Below are positions 40,901 to 51,715 of a DNA stretch of 64,000 bases, in pieces. The notes beneath the pieces were generated by a model. The model made no database searches and was not told the DNA's origin. It worked only from the letters and a program-made list of their open reading frames with translations. This DNA comes from Tubiluchus corallicola. Lineage: Eukaryota; Animalia; Priapulida. Position 1 is the stretch's first letter; each line of letters starts with the position of its first letter. The translations under genes and the position numbers were made by a program. The DNA is taken from NCBI GenBank assembly GCA_030141605.1, contig JAQGDQ010000369.1:1-64000 (forward strand). The letters are read 5' to 3'.

Positions 40901-43900
40901 AATGAAGCCGTTGCCTTAATTTAACACTTTGTGCAAAGATAGCTTCACTTACACAAATCATAGTTACGTTAACGTTTGTTACGCAAAGTGTAACAATGTT
41001 TCTCCTTCCATAGTATGACTAGTTTATTGGTTTTCATCTATTGTGCACTATCTTGGGCCAGTCTTCTATTGTTATCTATTTAAACTTGCAAAAATTACTC
41101 GACGGCATTTGGAATTCTTATAGAAGTTTTGTTTTTGGCAATCATTCGTCAGGTCATTTTCTATCAACACAAACTAGTGAGAAAATACAAACATATTAAT
41201 TGTTTTAGGCTAAATGACTCAAATGTACCCACTAGTGCACATTCACTTGTCTGTCTTTGGTTGGTTACGAGTTCAATGCAGTGATACGCCCTCGCAATCC
41301 TTAGTTCTAGAACCGCCTTGGGTCACAGTCCAATATATATTATACTATACGACGTAAGTAATACCGGGTTTATCATGACTACTGGTAACCAGATGACCAT
41401 GTGTGAGGTGACCAGATGAATGATTTATAGCTAGAATGCTCCTTAAAGAGCTCATGTTGACCCTAATGGTTGGTTTATAGCAGGACACACATAGTCAATA
41501 CGCCCTAACTGAGTACACTTCAGCAGAGCCTGCAAATGTGTGAAAATTTACTCATCGAGCACTACTTACTGCAAACGTTAATGTCTTCATCATAAGCATT
41601 TCCACAATCGTCAACGCCGTCACACATGCGCGATTTTGCCACGCAGTGCTTCGTATGATTGCAAGCCATCATACTAGTTTCACAAGCATACAGATCTACA
41701 AAAATCATTAATAACGTTATTCATCGTTGGTTGTTGAGTATTTATTATAATTTTTTGATGAAATTTTGCGTCATTTGTTACGAACTTATATGCGCAGGAG
41801 TAAAGAAAACTGTTCGTATGTAAAAGGATGCGTGAACAGCCAAGAAGGCATGCCAAATCATAAAGTCTCAAGTTATAAAAATCCACATTTATTAAATAAA
41901 TAAAAAAAGCTAAATAGGTACAATCTAGTATGAAGTGATCAAGACTCAAGCCCTCTCTCTTGTGTGGCACAAGAAAACCCTCCACTTACATAAAGCTTAA
42001 AAATACATCTCGAAATCTTATACCTCTTACATGCTACTTTTTTACAACAAGATTTTGATCGGCAGTCAGTCTGAATAAAACATGTAAATTTAAACTCCCT
42101 CGATGACCGTTCGACGCTGCCATTTTAAAGATAAGTCATTTGAAACAAGTTTAGATAATACTGTGTAAAGTTAGAAAAAAATCACCAGAACATTCGTAGA
42201 GCACACGTCACTAACTAAATCAAATTTAAAATTACTGTATCTTCTCAATGAGATTAAAAATACGTTTCTGGTTTGTGAGTGGTGCACCCTGGAGGTGAAT
42301 CAGCGACATTTTGCCAATTGATGAAAGCATTTTAAACAATTAATAATTTTCTTTTGTAGTTGTATAAGTCTTTTAAGCAGGTAAGCAAAATGCTAAGTGA
42401 CATAATTTTGCATGAAAAGTTTCTTGAGACATAGTTTAACATTTCCCTTTCTTCCTCTGATTTACGTTTGCGTGTATGACGTCATGTAATGGCGCCGTCG
42501 GAACAGTGTCGCGGGAAATTTAAAGTGAAAACAAACAAAAATTCCTTTAAACGCGAGTACGATATACGCATAAAATTGCGATAAAGTAATATAATTTTTA
42601 AGGCGAATTTTCTGAAACCTACTTCAGGTACCCCTTTTCTTGTCATTTAAGCTTATGGATGCGCGCCAGGTCTCTGCGTCAGACTTACTCAGACAAGACC
42701 AGTAAAATGGAATGGCTTGGTCTCGTCCTCTGGTGAATGTTTAATGCGTGACGTATTATTTTACTGCGTCATAGAAAAGCGGAAAGCGTATTTCGCGGGC
42801 GGAAAGCGGCATTGCGCGGGAAAATTTTGTCAGTAACAACTTACCGCAAACTTCCGACGTTTCGTCTGATCCATCATTGCAATCCCAGTGGCTGTTACAG
42901 ACGAACTTGCGATCTATGCAAATTTGTGAGTCATTGCAGCAAAACACCTGTCTTCTTTCCACTCTTTGAACTAAATCTATATAGAAAATAAAGAAATCGG
43001 TTCTTAATCGAGCAATTCCTACATAGATAAACAACAGCTAATATTATCTGGTTGGAAAAACTCCGATATGAGATTGCAGTGTGCTTTGAGAAAGAAATTT
43101 AATTTTAATTTTTTTATTAAAAGTTTATTTCAGCACGTTAAAATTCTTTCACAAAACACATTTTATAATGTTTTTGGAATCTTAAGATGTTGGTATTATG
43201 GGGGAAGATTTATCGCCTTCCTTTACAAAGTATAGCCCCTGACAATTGCTTATAGCTCCAAGCTTTACTAGAAACCATTCTTAATAACAAATACAGTAAT
43301 TATGCTCCCAAATAAATTTTCAATGATTCTCTTAATTTCTCTATTTCCTCCGAATACATGGTAAAAATGGTGCAGGCACCCCCCCCCCCACACACACACA
43401 CACGGACGCATTTTTCTGCATTGTGCTCTTCTCCCCGTGGTAACTTTTTATCTCTCTTCTGGCCAGGGCCTATTTCAGGGGGGGGGGGGGGGAGGAAGTG
43501 GGGATACTTCCCCGGGGCATCACCATCCAGGGTTGCCTCGAGCCAAGGTAACTTTTTTTGCTTTATGCGAACATACTGCCTCCTCTCTCCCTCGCTCCCT
43601 CTCTCTCTTGCCAGTATTGACAAGTATTAAGGAGTGGTCTTGAGAATAAAGCAGTTTTTCTTTCAATTGTTCTTTCCTTTAACAACTGTATAACTCCATA
43701 TTTTCTCTTCGAAAATGCTTCTCCGGCGCTCTAGCACCTCCCACGCCCCACTTCCCCGGGCCTCGCTTAGGCTGAAATAGGCCCTGCTTCCGGCACCAAA
43801 TTCGTGTTGCTCCAGATTCTCTAGATATCCTACAGGCTATGCTAAACATCCCCACAAAGCTTCTTGGAAATCTGTCTTAGTTTATTTTTGCGTAGTCCTG

Positions 43901-44491
43901 TTCACGAACAAACTACCAAACAAACGGCGATGAAAGCTTAATCTCCTTATTAACGAAGGTAACCATAATCGTAGCCTAATGCTATTTTGAGTAATTTAAT
44001 ATACAAATTATTAAGAAAACATACACCACTCCTGAACCCAAGTGTTGATTAATATGTTTTCAATTTACATGCAAACACTTCGTAGCTGATCAGTTTCATA
44101 GAACCAAATATAATTCCAATGCTATGAATCCATGAATACGAAATTATAGGAAAATAAGAATTTTTTTAAAATGTGATGTTCTCAAACTTTGGAGCCATGG
44201 CTATAACCTAGTTAGCCTATTGGTTAATAAGCCTATGATTGTAATGACTATAAGCCTATGATTGTAATGACTATAAGCCTATGATTGTAATAAACCTATC
44301 TATATAATAATGTAATGTGGCAACAGGTAACGTTTAGATTTAAATCTTCTTACTACAAGCATCAGAAGTTTCGTCTTTCCAGGTGCCACAGTCATTCTCA
44401 CCATCACATACAAACCAGAAAGGGATACACCTACGAAATTCACCACCAGTGTCGCCACAGTCGAATTGGCTTGGGCTGCATTTGGGTATTC
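23504..44491 (-). CDS. Multi-exon GPCR: LDLa array + somatomedin-B + Cys-rich region + class B (secretin/adhesion/Methuselah-like) 7TM; 5' end not found
   Basis: Chain of phase 1-1 GT-AG exons that stays open when joined: 44491-44354, 42976-42845, 41695-41570, 41306-41229 (weaker), 40335-40210, 38713-38534, 34692-34558, 33563-33438, 30352-30212, 29499-29359, 28823-28686, 26871-26563, then terminal exon 25980-23504. About 1415 aa without the first exon. That all exons belong to one transcript is an inference. Confidence 0.72.
26130..26487. repeat. 43-bp minisatellite, ~8 copies, last GPCR intron
   Basis: Unit TTAAGCTCATATTATTAAGATCGTATTGTCATACTTTTAATGC. Confidence 0.93.
26563..26871 (-). CDS. 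Somatomedin-B domain exon of the GPCR
   Basis: SCLYRCGQVSSSHCSCDDMCHWYGDCCYDYETTC is a classic SMB Cys pattern (CxCDxxCxxYxDCCxDY). TAG acceptor at 26872-26874, GAAG|GTATG donor, phase 1-1. Confidence 0.88.
27117..27437. mobile_element. Tc1/mariner-pogo (Tigger-like) MITE
   Basis: TA-CAGTAAACTCCG ... CGGAGTTTACTG-TA. Confidence 0.85.
28099..28659 (+). mobile_element. MITE family B, full length with TTAA at both ends
   Basis: TTAA-AGCAAAACC ... CCTGTTTTCCT-TTAA. Confidence 0.8.
28686..28823 (-). CDS. LDL-receptor class A exon
   Basis: CPMEKPFRCQDEVYCIALRQVCDGVAHCQDSSDEEEEKC; CAG acceptor and GT donor, phase 1-1. Confidence 0.85.
29359..29499 (-). CDS. LDL-receptor class A exon
   Basis: CAPYEMTCDTTECITETHLCDGISDCLSREDELNC; donor G|GTGAGT. 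Confidence 0.85.
29819..30145. mobile_element. Penelope-like pseudo-LTR fragments in inverted arrangement, one with a hammerhead-like core
   Basis: About 80-bp inverted arms (29819-29901 vs 30063-30145). Minus strand reads CTGATGA-C-GACAG-loop-CTGTC-GAAACGTC. A third fragment at 53552-53600/54010-54050 is split by a MITE. Confidence 0.6.
30212..30352 (-). CDS. Cys-containing spacer exon of the GPCR
   Basis: SSQNELNETGEMENCSNGGSCEGTVINFNMPMVFCSQINDEIVCTE; open, 141 nt, phase 1-1, canonical splice sites. Confidence 0.6.
30790..31420 (+). mobile_element. CR1/L2-type LINE 3' remnant containing a 76-bp tandem amplification (6 copies)
   Basis: Translates to ...KLFVQPTRTNIRSHFFGHRVVQPWNHL, typical of the CR1/L2 ORF2 C-terminus. 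Units start at 30934, 31010, 31086, 31162, 31238 and 31314. Confidence 0.7.
32170..32550. repeat. Degenerate (ATTC/ATTT)n low-complexity tract
   Basis: Decayed tetranucleotide repeats. Confidence 0.75.
32612..33175. repeat. 38-bp minisatellite, ~14 copies
   Basis: Unit AACATAAACATACGATGTACATTATACCAGTACTACAG. Confidence 0.92.
33438..33563 (-). CDS. Truncated or degenerate LDLa-like exon
   Basis: VHPVKDFDANNIPDGDVITHCPPGYQMCNDTCIDLENDCNY; 126 nt, phase 1-1. Confidence 0.65.
34558..34692 (-). CDS. LDL-receptor class A exon (missed by ORF track)
   Basis: EKPCEEGDTFRCNDTKVCLFDHQVCDEYVHCRDASDELPQTC; TTTCAG acceptor, CAG|GTAATT donor. Confidence 0.85.
34885..34930 (-). repeat. Possible 5S-rRNA-derived SINE fragment
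   Basis: CTCCTATCCATTTACTGAGCAACACCACGACTGCTTAACTTCG resembles the reverse complement of the 5S internal control region. Similar decayed pieces lie near 4045-4085 and 34230-34272. Confidence 0.3.
35473..36167. repeat. 51-bp minisatellite, ~13.5 copies
   Basis: Unit TTACTATGGCAGTAAGGAGGCATCTTAGTCATCGTTTCCGGGGAACGAACG. Confidence 0.96.
36468..37292. repeat. Two blocks of a 20-bp minisatellite (36468-36650, 36953-37292)
   Basis: Unit TGTGAAGCATTGTAAAGGAGCAT and variants. Confidence 0.9.
38534..38713 (-). CDS. Divergent LDLa-like Cys exon
   Basis: EVACSSTYQARCATTGQCYDKRRLCLLADVLILELELLEQCGPNHGIKQLSNTECQTYF; 6 Cys but no acidic Ca-binding motif; 180 nt, phase 1-1, GTAAGT donor. Confidence 0.6.
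38918..40243. repeat. (CAT)n microsatellite plus ~150-bp tandem duplications carrying an LDLa exon 3' end and its donor
   Basis: Four copies of ...GTTACACTAACC(G/A)CAGTTCTCTAACT...ATCATACCAGTCGCCA, interrupted by an LTR-family copy. Confidence 0.85.
39298..39863 (-). mobile_element. Solo-LTR-like element (short subfamily)
   Basis: Minus strand starts TGTTATGAATAAATTT; apparent TTAT TSD inside the tandem unit; close copy at 47468-47965. Confidence 0.65.
40210..40335 (-). CDS. LDL-receptor class A exon
   Basis: ATPCADGYVKCPNTGRCIGREDMCDYYNDCGDWYDEQLENC; phase 1-1. Confidence 0.85.
40545..40886. mobile_element. Fold-back MITE with ~125-bp inverted arms
   Basis: 40545-40668 is the near-perfect reverse complement of 40762-40886. 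Confidence 0.8.
41570..41695 (-). CDS. LDL-receptor class A exon
   Basis: LYACETSMMACNHTKHCVAKSRMCDGVDDCGNAYDEDINVC; GTAAGT donor, phase 1-1. Confidence 0.85.
41966..42650 (+). mobile_element. TTAA-type MITE family C
   Basis: Collinear with 7578-8269; ends CCCCTTTTCTTGTCATTTAA. Confidence 0.8.
42845..42976 (-). CDS. LDL-receptor class A exon
   Basis: RRQVFCCNDSQICIDRKFVCNSHWDCNDGSDETSEVC; GTAAGT donor; an alternative in-frame acceptor lies 6 nt inside. Confidence 0.85.
43464..43786. mobile_element. hAT MITE
   Basis: Perfect TIR CAGGGCCTATTTCAG / CTGAAATAGGCCCTG; 8-bp TSD CTTCTGGC/CTTCCGGC. Confidence 0.85.
44354..44491 (-). CDS. LDL-receptor class A exon (most 5' one found)
   Basis: IPKCSPSQFDCGDTGGEFRRCIPFWFVCDGENDCGTWKDETSDAC; TTCCAG acceptor, GTAAG donor. 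Confidence 0.85.
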
Positions 44492-45835
44492 CTGGAAAAA
44501 TAAAAACAGAAAATACAATAAAATATACAAAAGTAAATTTGAGAGATATTTCTAGTTTTTACGATACCAGTTTGGCATCTAACCTTATTTTGGACATTGA
44601 AACAGGACAGGTGGCGTAGGGTGGCGTAGAAGACAGGATGATCTTTCATATACTACCCCATTTTCAAGTCCGACAAAGGTATACTTTTTAACACCATTAA
44701 CACTGCAAAAGCGTTTCTGATTAATTAAATAATAGATTAAAAACTTAATTAATGGCTTGTGAGTAGGTTGAAATTTTAATCAGACAGAGCAGAAAAGTTG
44801 TTGTACTTGAAGCAGATTGCAACTGATGAGCTTCTCGGCGTGTTTTTGTTAAAGCTGAAGGTTAGAAGGCCGGATCCATGGGAGGGGGGGGGGGCAAGCG
44901 AACTGTTTATTAAATACTCGACCGATGATGCTGTCGCTCACGAGGGCGTTGTCACCAGACTAACTTTCATAAACACCCACATCTCAAGACCGTGAGAATT
45001 TTCTCACTATGTGCTCGCACATGCCAACGATATTAGTCAAAAAGTTGATATGAATGTTTTAATATAGCTTAATGACATTCGTTTATTTAAAATGCTTGGG
45101 GGATTTATTAGATAAGGGCTACCTTCCACCTGCAAAAAATGTCACGAAATTTCCAGGTGTACAATTTCGCTAAGTGCAACAGGTGTACCACGTGATCGTG
45201 AGAATTTTCTCACTATGTGCTCACAAATGCCAACCTAATTAGTCAAAGAGTTAATGATGAAGTAATAACATATCTTTCAACGCTATTAAAGTATATTAAT
45301 CAACGGAGACGATTAAGCATTTTATTAATTAACATGGATGACTAATGATTTACTTCGCCAAATGAAATCGGTCCAGTTCACCTTTCCTTAAGTCAAGGGG
45401 CGTCTTTTTTATTAATTGATTTTCTCCCCTTTTTCGTAATGCAACATAACCCCCCCCCCTTCTATATCTAATCAGCTCATTTGTCAATGATAAAGCTTAA
45501 AAAATTCTTCTTGAAGTTTATATCACTTACGTGCTGTCTTATTGTATACAAAACTTGTGTTTGCAGTCACGCTGTATAAAGTTTGTAAATTTAATATCTC
45601 GCGATGACCGTTAGGCTCAGCCATTTTAGGGTTGTTTAAACGAGTTTAAATCTTTTTCCGTGAATTTTGAAATAAAATCAGACCATTCGTAACACACGCT
45701 AAACATTGAATCACTAAAAAACACATTATTGATCTTATTAAAGTAACTTGCTTCACTAAGCAAAAGTATAAATTATTTTATGGAAAGTCGATAAATCAAT
45801 AATCTGCTAATCACAATTTATTTGCTTGTGATTCG

Positions 45836-46464
45836 GGAAGACAGGATGATTTTTCATATACTATCCTATTTTCGAATTATATACTATCCTAAGTACGGTG
45901 AAAGTACACATTCTAACACAATTAATATTGCAAATATTGATAATTAGATAATTGATTAAAACCTTAATTACTCGCGGGGGAGCCCAACTAGTGAGGACAT
46001 CACAAACTAGCATAATTTTCAACAGCAAAAACATTCCACGAGCGTGTTGCACGTGTTCGTGAAAGCAAAATTGAAGTACAGTGCTACTGTAAGGTATTCA
46101 CTAAAACTACTGTAAGGTACTAAAACTAGGCAAGTTTTAAGACAAAAATCCTAATTTACCGCTGTGCTGACACATGAGCTGTCGAACGTGTGCATTTCGT
46201 CAGAAACTAACACATCTGAACTGGGACGTACAGCACCTGTTTTTTGTGCAATACGTTTCAGAAATGCAGGTGCTAGTGCCCGTCTAACTAGAAAATGGCG
46301 AAATGCATGTAACAGCGAATAACTTGTGGCGGGAACGTGAAATTGTGTTTGTGTGATAATAATTCTTTCACGTAAGTGATTTTTGAAAAAAATAATGTTT
46401 CCTTCAATATTTTAAAGAATAGATTGTTTTGACCTTCAGTTTTTAAGGTTGGGTTCGGTTTTAA
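45836..46464 (-). mobile_element. MITE family B, reverse orientation (further fragments at ~44625-44760 and ~46600-46665)
   Basis: Reverse complement of 15214-15820 and 28099-28659. Confidence 0.8.
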
Positions 46465-47467
46465 ACATGCATGCAACAAAAAGTCGCTGAAACGAACGGC
46501 CACACAGATAATCCCAGCACGGGCCAATTGTGTGATAATAATTCTTGAATTATAATAATATAATAGTCATATAATATAATATATTATAATAATAGTCATT
46601 CTTGAAAAAACAATGTTTCCTTTCAATATTTTAGCAAATAGGTTGTTTTGACCTACAGTTTAACATTGTGTCCCGCGAGTAAAATAATTCGTTTAATGTT
46701 TATTTATTCTTGTGGTTAAAGCTCCTTGCTGATTATTGATGTTTATTGCGTGGCGTGTGAGGGAGCCACGATGGGCATGGCTATCAAGACTTGATTTAAT
46801 GAACAACACATTTATTAAATATCAGACAATACAGTAAATATAATAGGATAGTAATGCCAGCCCTCCGTCTTCAAGTCAGTTCCTCATCTTCCCATGACCT
46901 CCGGTCCCAGGCCGGGCAGCAAGATCCAGAATTCCATAGCAAAACCACTCCATATAAGAAGATGCGGACGGGCAATGTCCGACATGGCAGCCGATGAAGA
47001 AAAAATGATCAATATCACTTTCTTCTGTTGCTGTAGCCGTTGCCACTCTACTTCTCTTAAGGCTGCAGCCATTCTTACTCTCACAAACTGATAGGCCATT
47101 CTAAAAATTCCGAAGTATATATATATATATATATATAAAATCTTTATTTGCCACAAAAAATCAATATTCATAACTATAAAAGAATAAAATTCACACAACT
47201 GTTAAAGGCAAATGCATCCAGTGCAAAGTAAAAACTACTGTACCAAAAATTTAAAACAAAATATACATTATAATACTACACGGAAATTATAATAGACTGT
47301 ATACAATATATACATACAATTTAAAATGGACGTGGCTAAATAAAATTTGTGGATGAATATATATTATCGTTTACGTATGTTGGGCAAAACGATTTAATGT
47401 ATGTATTTTTAATTTTGATTTAAATTCGTCGAAAGACTTGATTTGTTTCAAATTTGACGGCAGGGTA

Positions 47468-47965
47468 CATCACCCTACTTGTGTGTGGGTGACTCTCACA
47501 TCACCCCGTTGTGTGTGTGGCTTGGATATTTTTCCAAGCTTATATAGCAAAAGCCTTATTGCCCATTGACCTTGGTGTATTGCACCATCTGGCCAAACTT
47601 TACCTCCTGGACAGCGGTTAATAGTTTCGATTTCTAATTTTATGACCAATAATTACTGTCCCTGAGTTTTGCGGCTTTTGATTTCTTCCGCACCGTCTAG
47701 GCAGTCTTACCACCCCCCCCCCACGGACAGTGGATATTACTTCTGATTTCTAACTTAATGATCAATAAGCACTGACACTGAACCTTGCCGCTTTGATTAC
47801 TTCCCTGACATGCGAGAAATGACATGCTGGGTGAGTTCCATATTCAATTTATATGAATTTCCTTAACAAAATCAGGGAGGAGCGAGTTTATCATCTGAAT
47901 CTGATTCATCTGATAAACTCAATTAATATCTACTGAAATTCATATTCCGAAATTTATTGATAACA
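47468..47965 (-). mobile_element. Solo-LTR-like element with GGTA TSD
   Basis: Minus strand TGTTATCAATAAATTT ... GGGTGATG; GGTA at 47464-47467 and 47966-47969. Confidence 0.7.
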
Positions 47966-48881
47966 GGTATTCCAAAGTTGAACTCCTTGTTTAGTGATAG
48001 AATTGTTGCCGTATTTGTTATTAGTGCGTATTTGTTTAATATTGTGTGTTCTTGGACTTAATGTTGGCTCAAAGAGGAGTGGAAGTACAAGTGATGAGAA
48101 ACTCGCACACAGGTCTCTTGCTAAGCTGATCACATATTTTCTTTTAAAACAAAAACAAGTACTTTACGTGGATATGAGCGTTTCACCAAACTTGTCTAAT
48201 TAGCAAAACGACTCGTTCATTAAAGAGCAACAGACTCGCTTCCCTTTCAACATAATGCACGACCGGCTAGATGTGCGACGGGATCTTTCCCCATGACTTT
48301 TTCCCAGACATTGTTTTACTGTCCGGCTGGATTACAAGTGAGTCGGCACCGACGGACTTGTCTGTGACTGCGCTCTCAACATTTTCAGTGTAATGAGAAT
48401 TAAATGCCAGGTACTGTGGTTATTGTCATGGCAAAAAAGAGGTATGTTCCCAGGGTATACTGTCTCCGAAGGAGTTCCCATGGTATCCTCTTCTTAGGAT
48501 ACTGAGTAGTTTCTTTTCTGGCTAATCACCACGAGAACAGAATAAATATTGTCTTTTTACAATATATGCTAACTAGCGGTAAACCTCTTCTTACCTCATT
48601 TTTATTAGCTATGATAGTCGTAATTTTCGACTTGAAGTACTAATTTCACGCCCATGTGTTACATTTATTATTCATTAAAAAGTTATTTTAATGTTTCAGA
48701 AGTTGTTCAGGAATAAGTGGATAATTGGATAAGTAAATTTATTAGAGGAATTTGATTTGGTAAAATAATTTGATTTGGTAACATTATTCAGTAGAAAATT
48801 CATATGCCATGCATTTGAAAAGCATAATGTTATACATCTGACAGCCACCCCAAGTCTATTGAGTAAACATGAATTTACATA

Positions 48882-49280
48882 CCGCAATAACCCAGGTTCG
48901 AATCCTGGTCACAGCACCAGTAAAATAATGTGTTTAATGTGTATTTATTCTTGTGGTTAAAGCTGCTTGCTGATTATTGTTGTTTATTGCGTGGCGTGTA
49001 GAGAGGTAGCCACGATGGACATGGCAAACTATCAAAACTTGATTTAATGAGCAACACATTTATTAAATATCAGACACAACACAGTAAATATAAGAGGATA
49101 GTAATGCCAGCCCTCCGTCTTCAAGTCAGTTCCTCATCTTCCCTGAGGTGCGGCTCTCAACCACTTTTGTCTAACTACCTAATGCGCCGTGAGCTTCTAC
49201 GCATCAGGGTTTCATCATCAATCTCTACTTCTGAGTCAGCTCGTCGAAGATCGGCTGGTCACGTGATGCCACACCCAACT
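48882..49280 (-). mobile_element. Candidate Gypsy-type LTR (AGT...ACT) followed by a tRNA-His-like primer binding site
   Basis: Minus strand AGTTGGGTGTGG ... ATTATTTTAC-TGGTGCTGTGACCAGGATTCGAACC. The plus strand 48882-48919 looks like the 3' half of tRNA-His including CCA. The 3' ~220 bp recur at 46678-46893 with the same ACT end. Confidence 0.5.
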
Positions 49281-49919
49281 AGGCTTCTCGTCAAGAATTC
49301 GATCATGAGTTATTAATTTAATAATTTAATCAAAATCATTATTTAACACAGTTTTCCTTTACTCCGTGTTGCTATAATTACAATATAATATATAGCAATG
49401 ATATTATAATGTGTTATAGGCGTCGTATATTATGTATAATTAACTTCATATTTATCACGACAGTGAGACACATGAGCCGTATTGTCGTGAATAAATTTAT
49501 GAATGGATAATTTGGAGATAAAATGTATGCCTCCCTGATTTGATGATTTGATAAGATAAATTTGTTGATTAATAGAGAAACTCATCCAGCTGGTAAGCAC
49601 GGATTTAATGAGAAGCAAATTATTCCAGGTGTTAACAAAAAAGTCGCAATAGGCAAATTTCTTTGGAAGACGAATTTTATGGCCGACGCCAAGCTTGTAT
49701 CGGCGCTTGAAGACGCCAAGCGAAGAGGTTCTGAAGAATCGCCGATAATTGGGATCTTTCCCACAGAGCAGAAAAGACTCGAAGGCCACCTTGCTGACCA
49801 TAAATCGCTCGGCACTCATTAGTTACGTTTTAAAGTGAATCAGCTTTATTTGTTTACAGAATTTACTTCTGTCTAGGTAGCTGCACAAGATTTGTCCTTA
49901 CACGCTTGTGGGCGTTTAC

Positions 49920-51031
49920 TATCACTTTCCCTTTTTTGAACCTGTCAGATTCGTATCACGGATATAGTGTTGCTTAACTCTGAACACACTTATATCATAC
50001 ATAAACTCAACCGTTATATGTCAAAGTGAACTAACTTTATTAGTTTACAAAAGTTACTTCTCCTAGGTAGCTTTACACGATTCGTCCTTATGCGCTTGTG
50101 ACGCTTACAATTAATGTATAGCTCCCAAAAGACTCTTAAGTATTTCACTTGACAATTCCTCAAATATAGCACTTAAGGTGCTCTTCACATTACAATGTGA
50201 AATTCATAATATGATACAATGTGAACTCATGTGAACTACAGTTATGCACAGTTACTCTCAGTTACAAATGCGTTAAGATTACTTAACTCTGCGGATTGAC
50301 CACAATGCACCCTGTACACTTGGTCAACTCCAGTTGATAATATGAGACTCTCGTTGTCCAGTGCCCAGTCTATCGCTGAGTACGTAGAATTGTCCACGCT
50401 GGAATCGAACGATGCTGTCTCAGTTCCTTGTCAGATTCTCCTCTGATACGTGTGTGACTTCGTGTCGCACCGTAGCGTGTCTCTTCCACTGAATGGTCCG
50501 ACTGAAAGAGCGCTGAGTTTCTAAAACTCAGAGCTTATATTCCCGAAGAGCTGACCTTGCGTAATTCGCGTCAAACGCAATCAGGCGACAGGTGACATCA
50601 TCGGATATCCCTGACATCCTTTTCCACTACGAGTTATGGTCAGCAGGGTGGACTTCGAATTCCTTATGTTGGCAAGTTCTTCAGAACTTCCTGTCCTTGA
50701 CGTCGCCAACACCAGTAAAGACTATCAATTCTCTTTTCAACAAAAACAGTTACCTTCGCAGAGTTTCTGTTAATTACGTGTAACTATGCATATAGCTATA
50801 AAAAACGACATTTCTGTCCACACCTAACATTACCTAACTGCTTCCAGCATCCTAGTGGCCTTAAAGCAAACGATAAAACTTACATTTCTCACAGATATAT
50901 CTTCGCTTTTACAGCTCATTAAATCCGGGCTTGTCAGCTGGGTGAGTTCTTACATCGATCATTTATTTTATAAAATCAGGGAGGCATGAGATTTATTACC
51001 AAATCATCGATTTATAAATTTATTCACCACA
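49920..51031 (-). mobile_element. Solo LTR (long subfamily) nested in an older copy of the same family
   Basis: Minus strand TGTGGTGAATAAATTTATAAATCG ... GGAAAGTGATA; TTAC TSD at 49916-49919 and 51032-51035. The flanks rejoin into a sequence homologous to the LTR interior. Confidence 0.75.
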
Positions 51032-51579
51032 TTACAACTAATGTATAGTTCCAAGAAGATACTCAAGCAATTCACTTAATAATTATCCAATGTCGCACTT
51101 AAGGTGCTTAATACAATACAATGTGAACTATTCACTCAACAGTATGTTTTGGCGGCACGGACCAAAAGTTTACAGTTACAATGTAGCGGCAACCTCTTTA
51201 CCCTCGCAGCACGGTTGACGTTGGTTAAACCACTCAGAATAAGCCTCGTCACCGCTGCGTTATGTTTTCAGCGCGTCGTCACGCGTTTACTGGGCGCCAT
51301 GCCACAGATCACACTCTAATGGTAATGTCCAGTTGACTATGACGACTCAGTGAAGATTATTAGCGTAGCACGTAATTGTGGAGCTCTTACAGTTCATAAC
51401 CCTGGCTGAATCGTTCATATTGGATGTCTTGCAAAGCTCAACTGTTGTAGGTGAATTCTATACAATCGTATACAGTGCGTTGCAGTGTGCTAGTCTTAGA
51501 AACAGAATCACCAGTTTCATTATTCACAGGTAAGAATAACTTAAACTTGCTTGCGAAGTCTAAGAAACCACAACACGGT

Positions 51580-51715
51580 ATTGACGGTCTCTCCTCAACA
51601 ATTTGTGAAATTGCGGCAGATTTGATGCATCAACTGTTTCACTATTAAGTGAATTCCAACAACCCACAACACGAGAAGAGAAGAATTGAGCTCTAATATT
51701 AGAGCGAGAATATTG
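51580..51715 (-). mobile_element. CR1/L2 LINE 3' remnant
   Basis: YSRSNIRAQFFSSRVVGCWNSLNSETVDASNLPQFHKLL. Confidence 0.6.

Noticed and set aside
46884-47198. 104-aa minus-strand ORF as a possible first exon of the GPCR
   Set aside because: No phase-1 donor giving a signal peptide; its 3' part runs into an LTR-like repeat.
48882-48919. Functional tRNA gene
   Set aside because: Only the 3' half is present; no 5' acceptor strand or D-arm.
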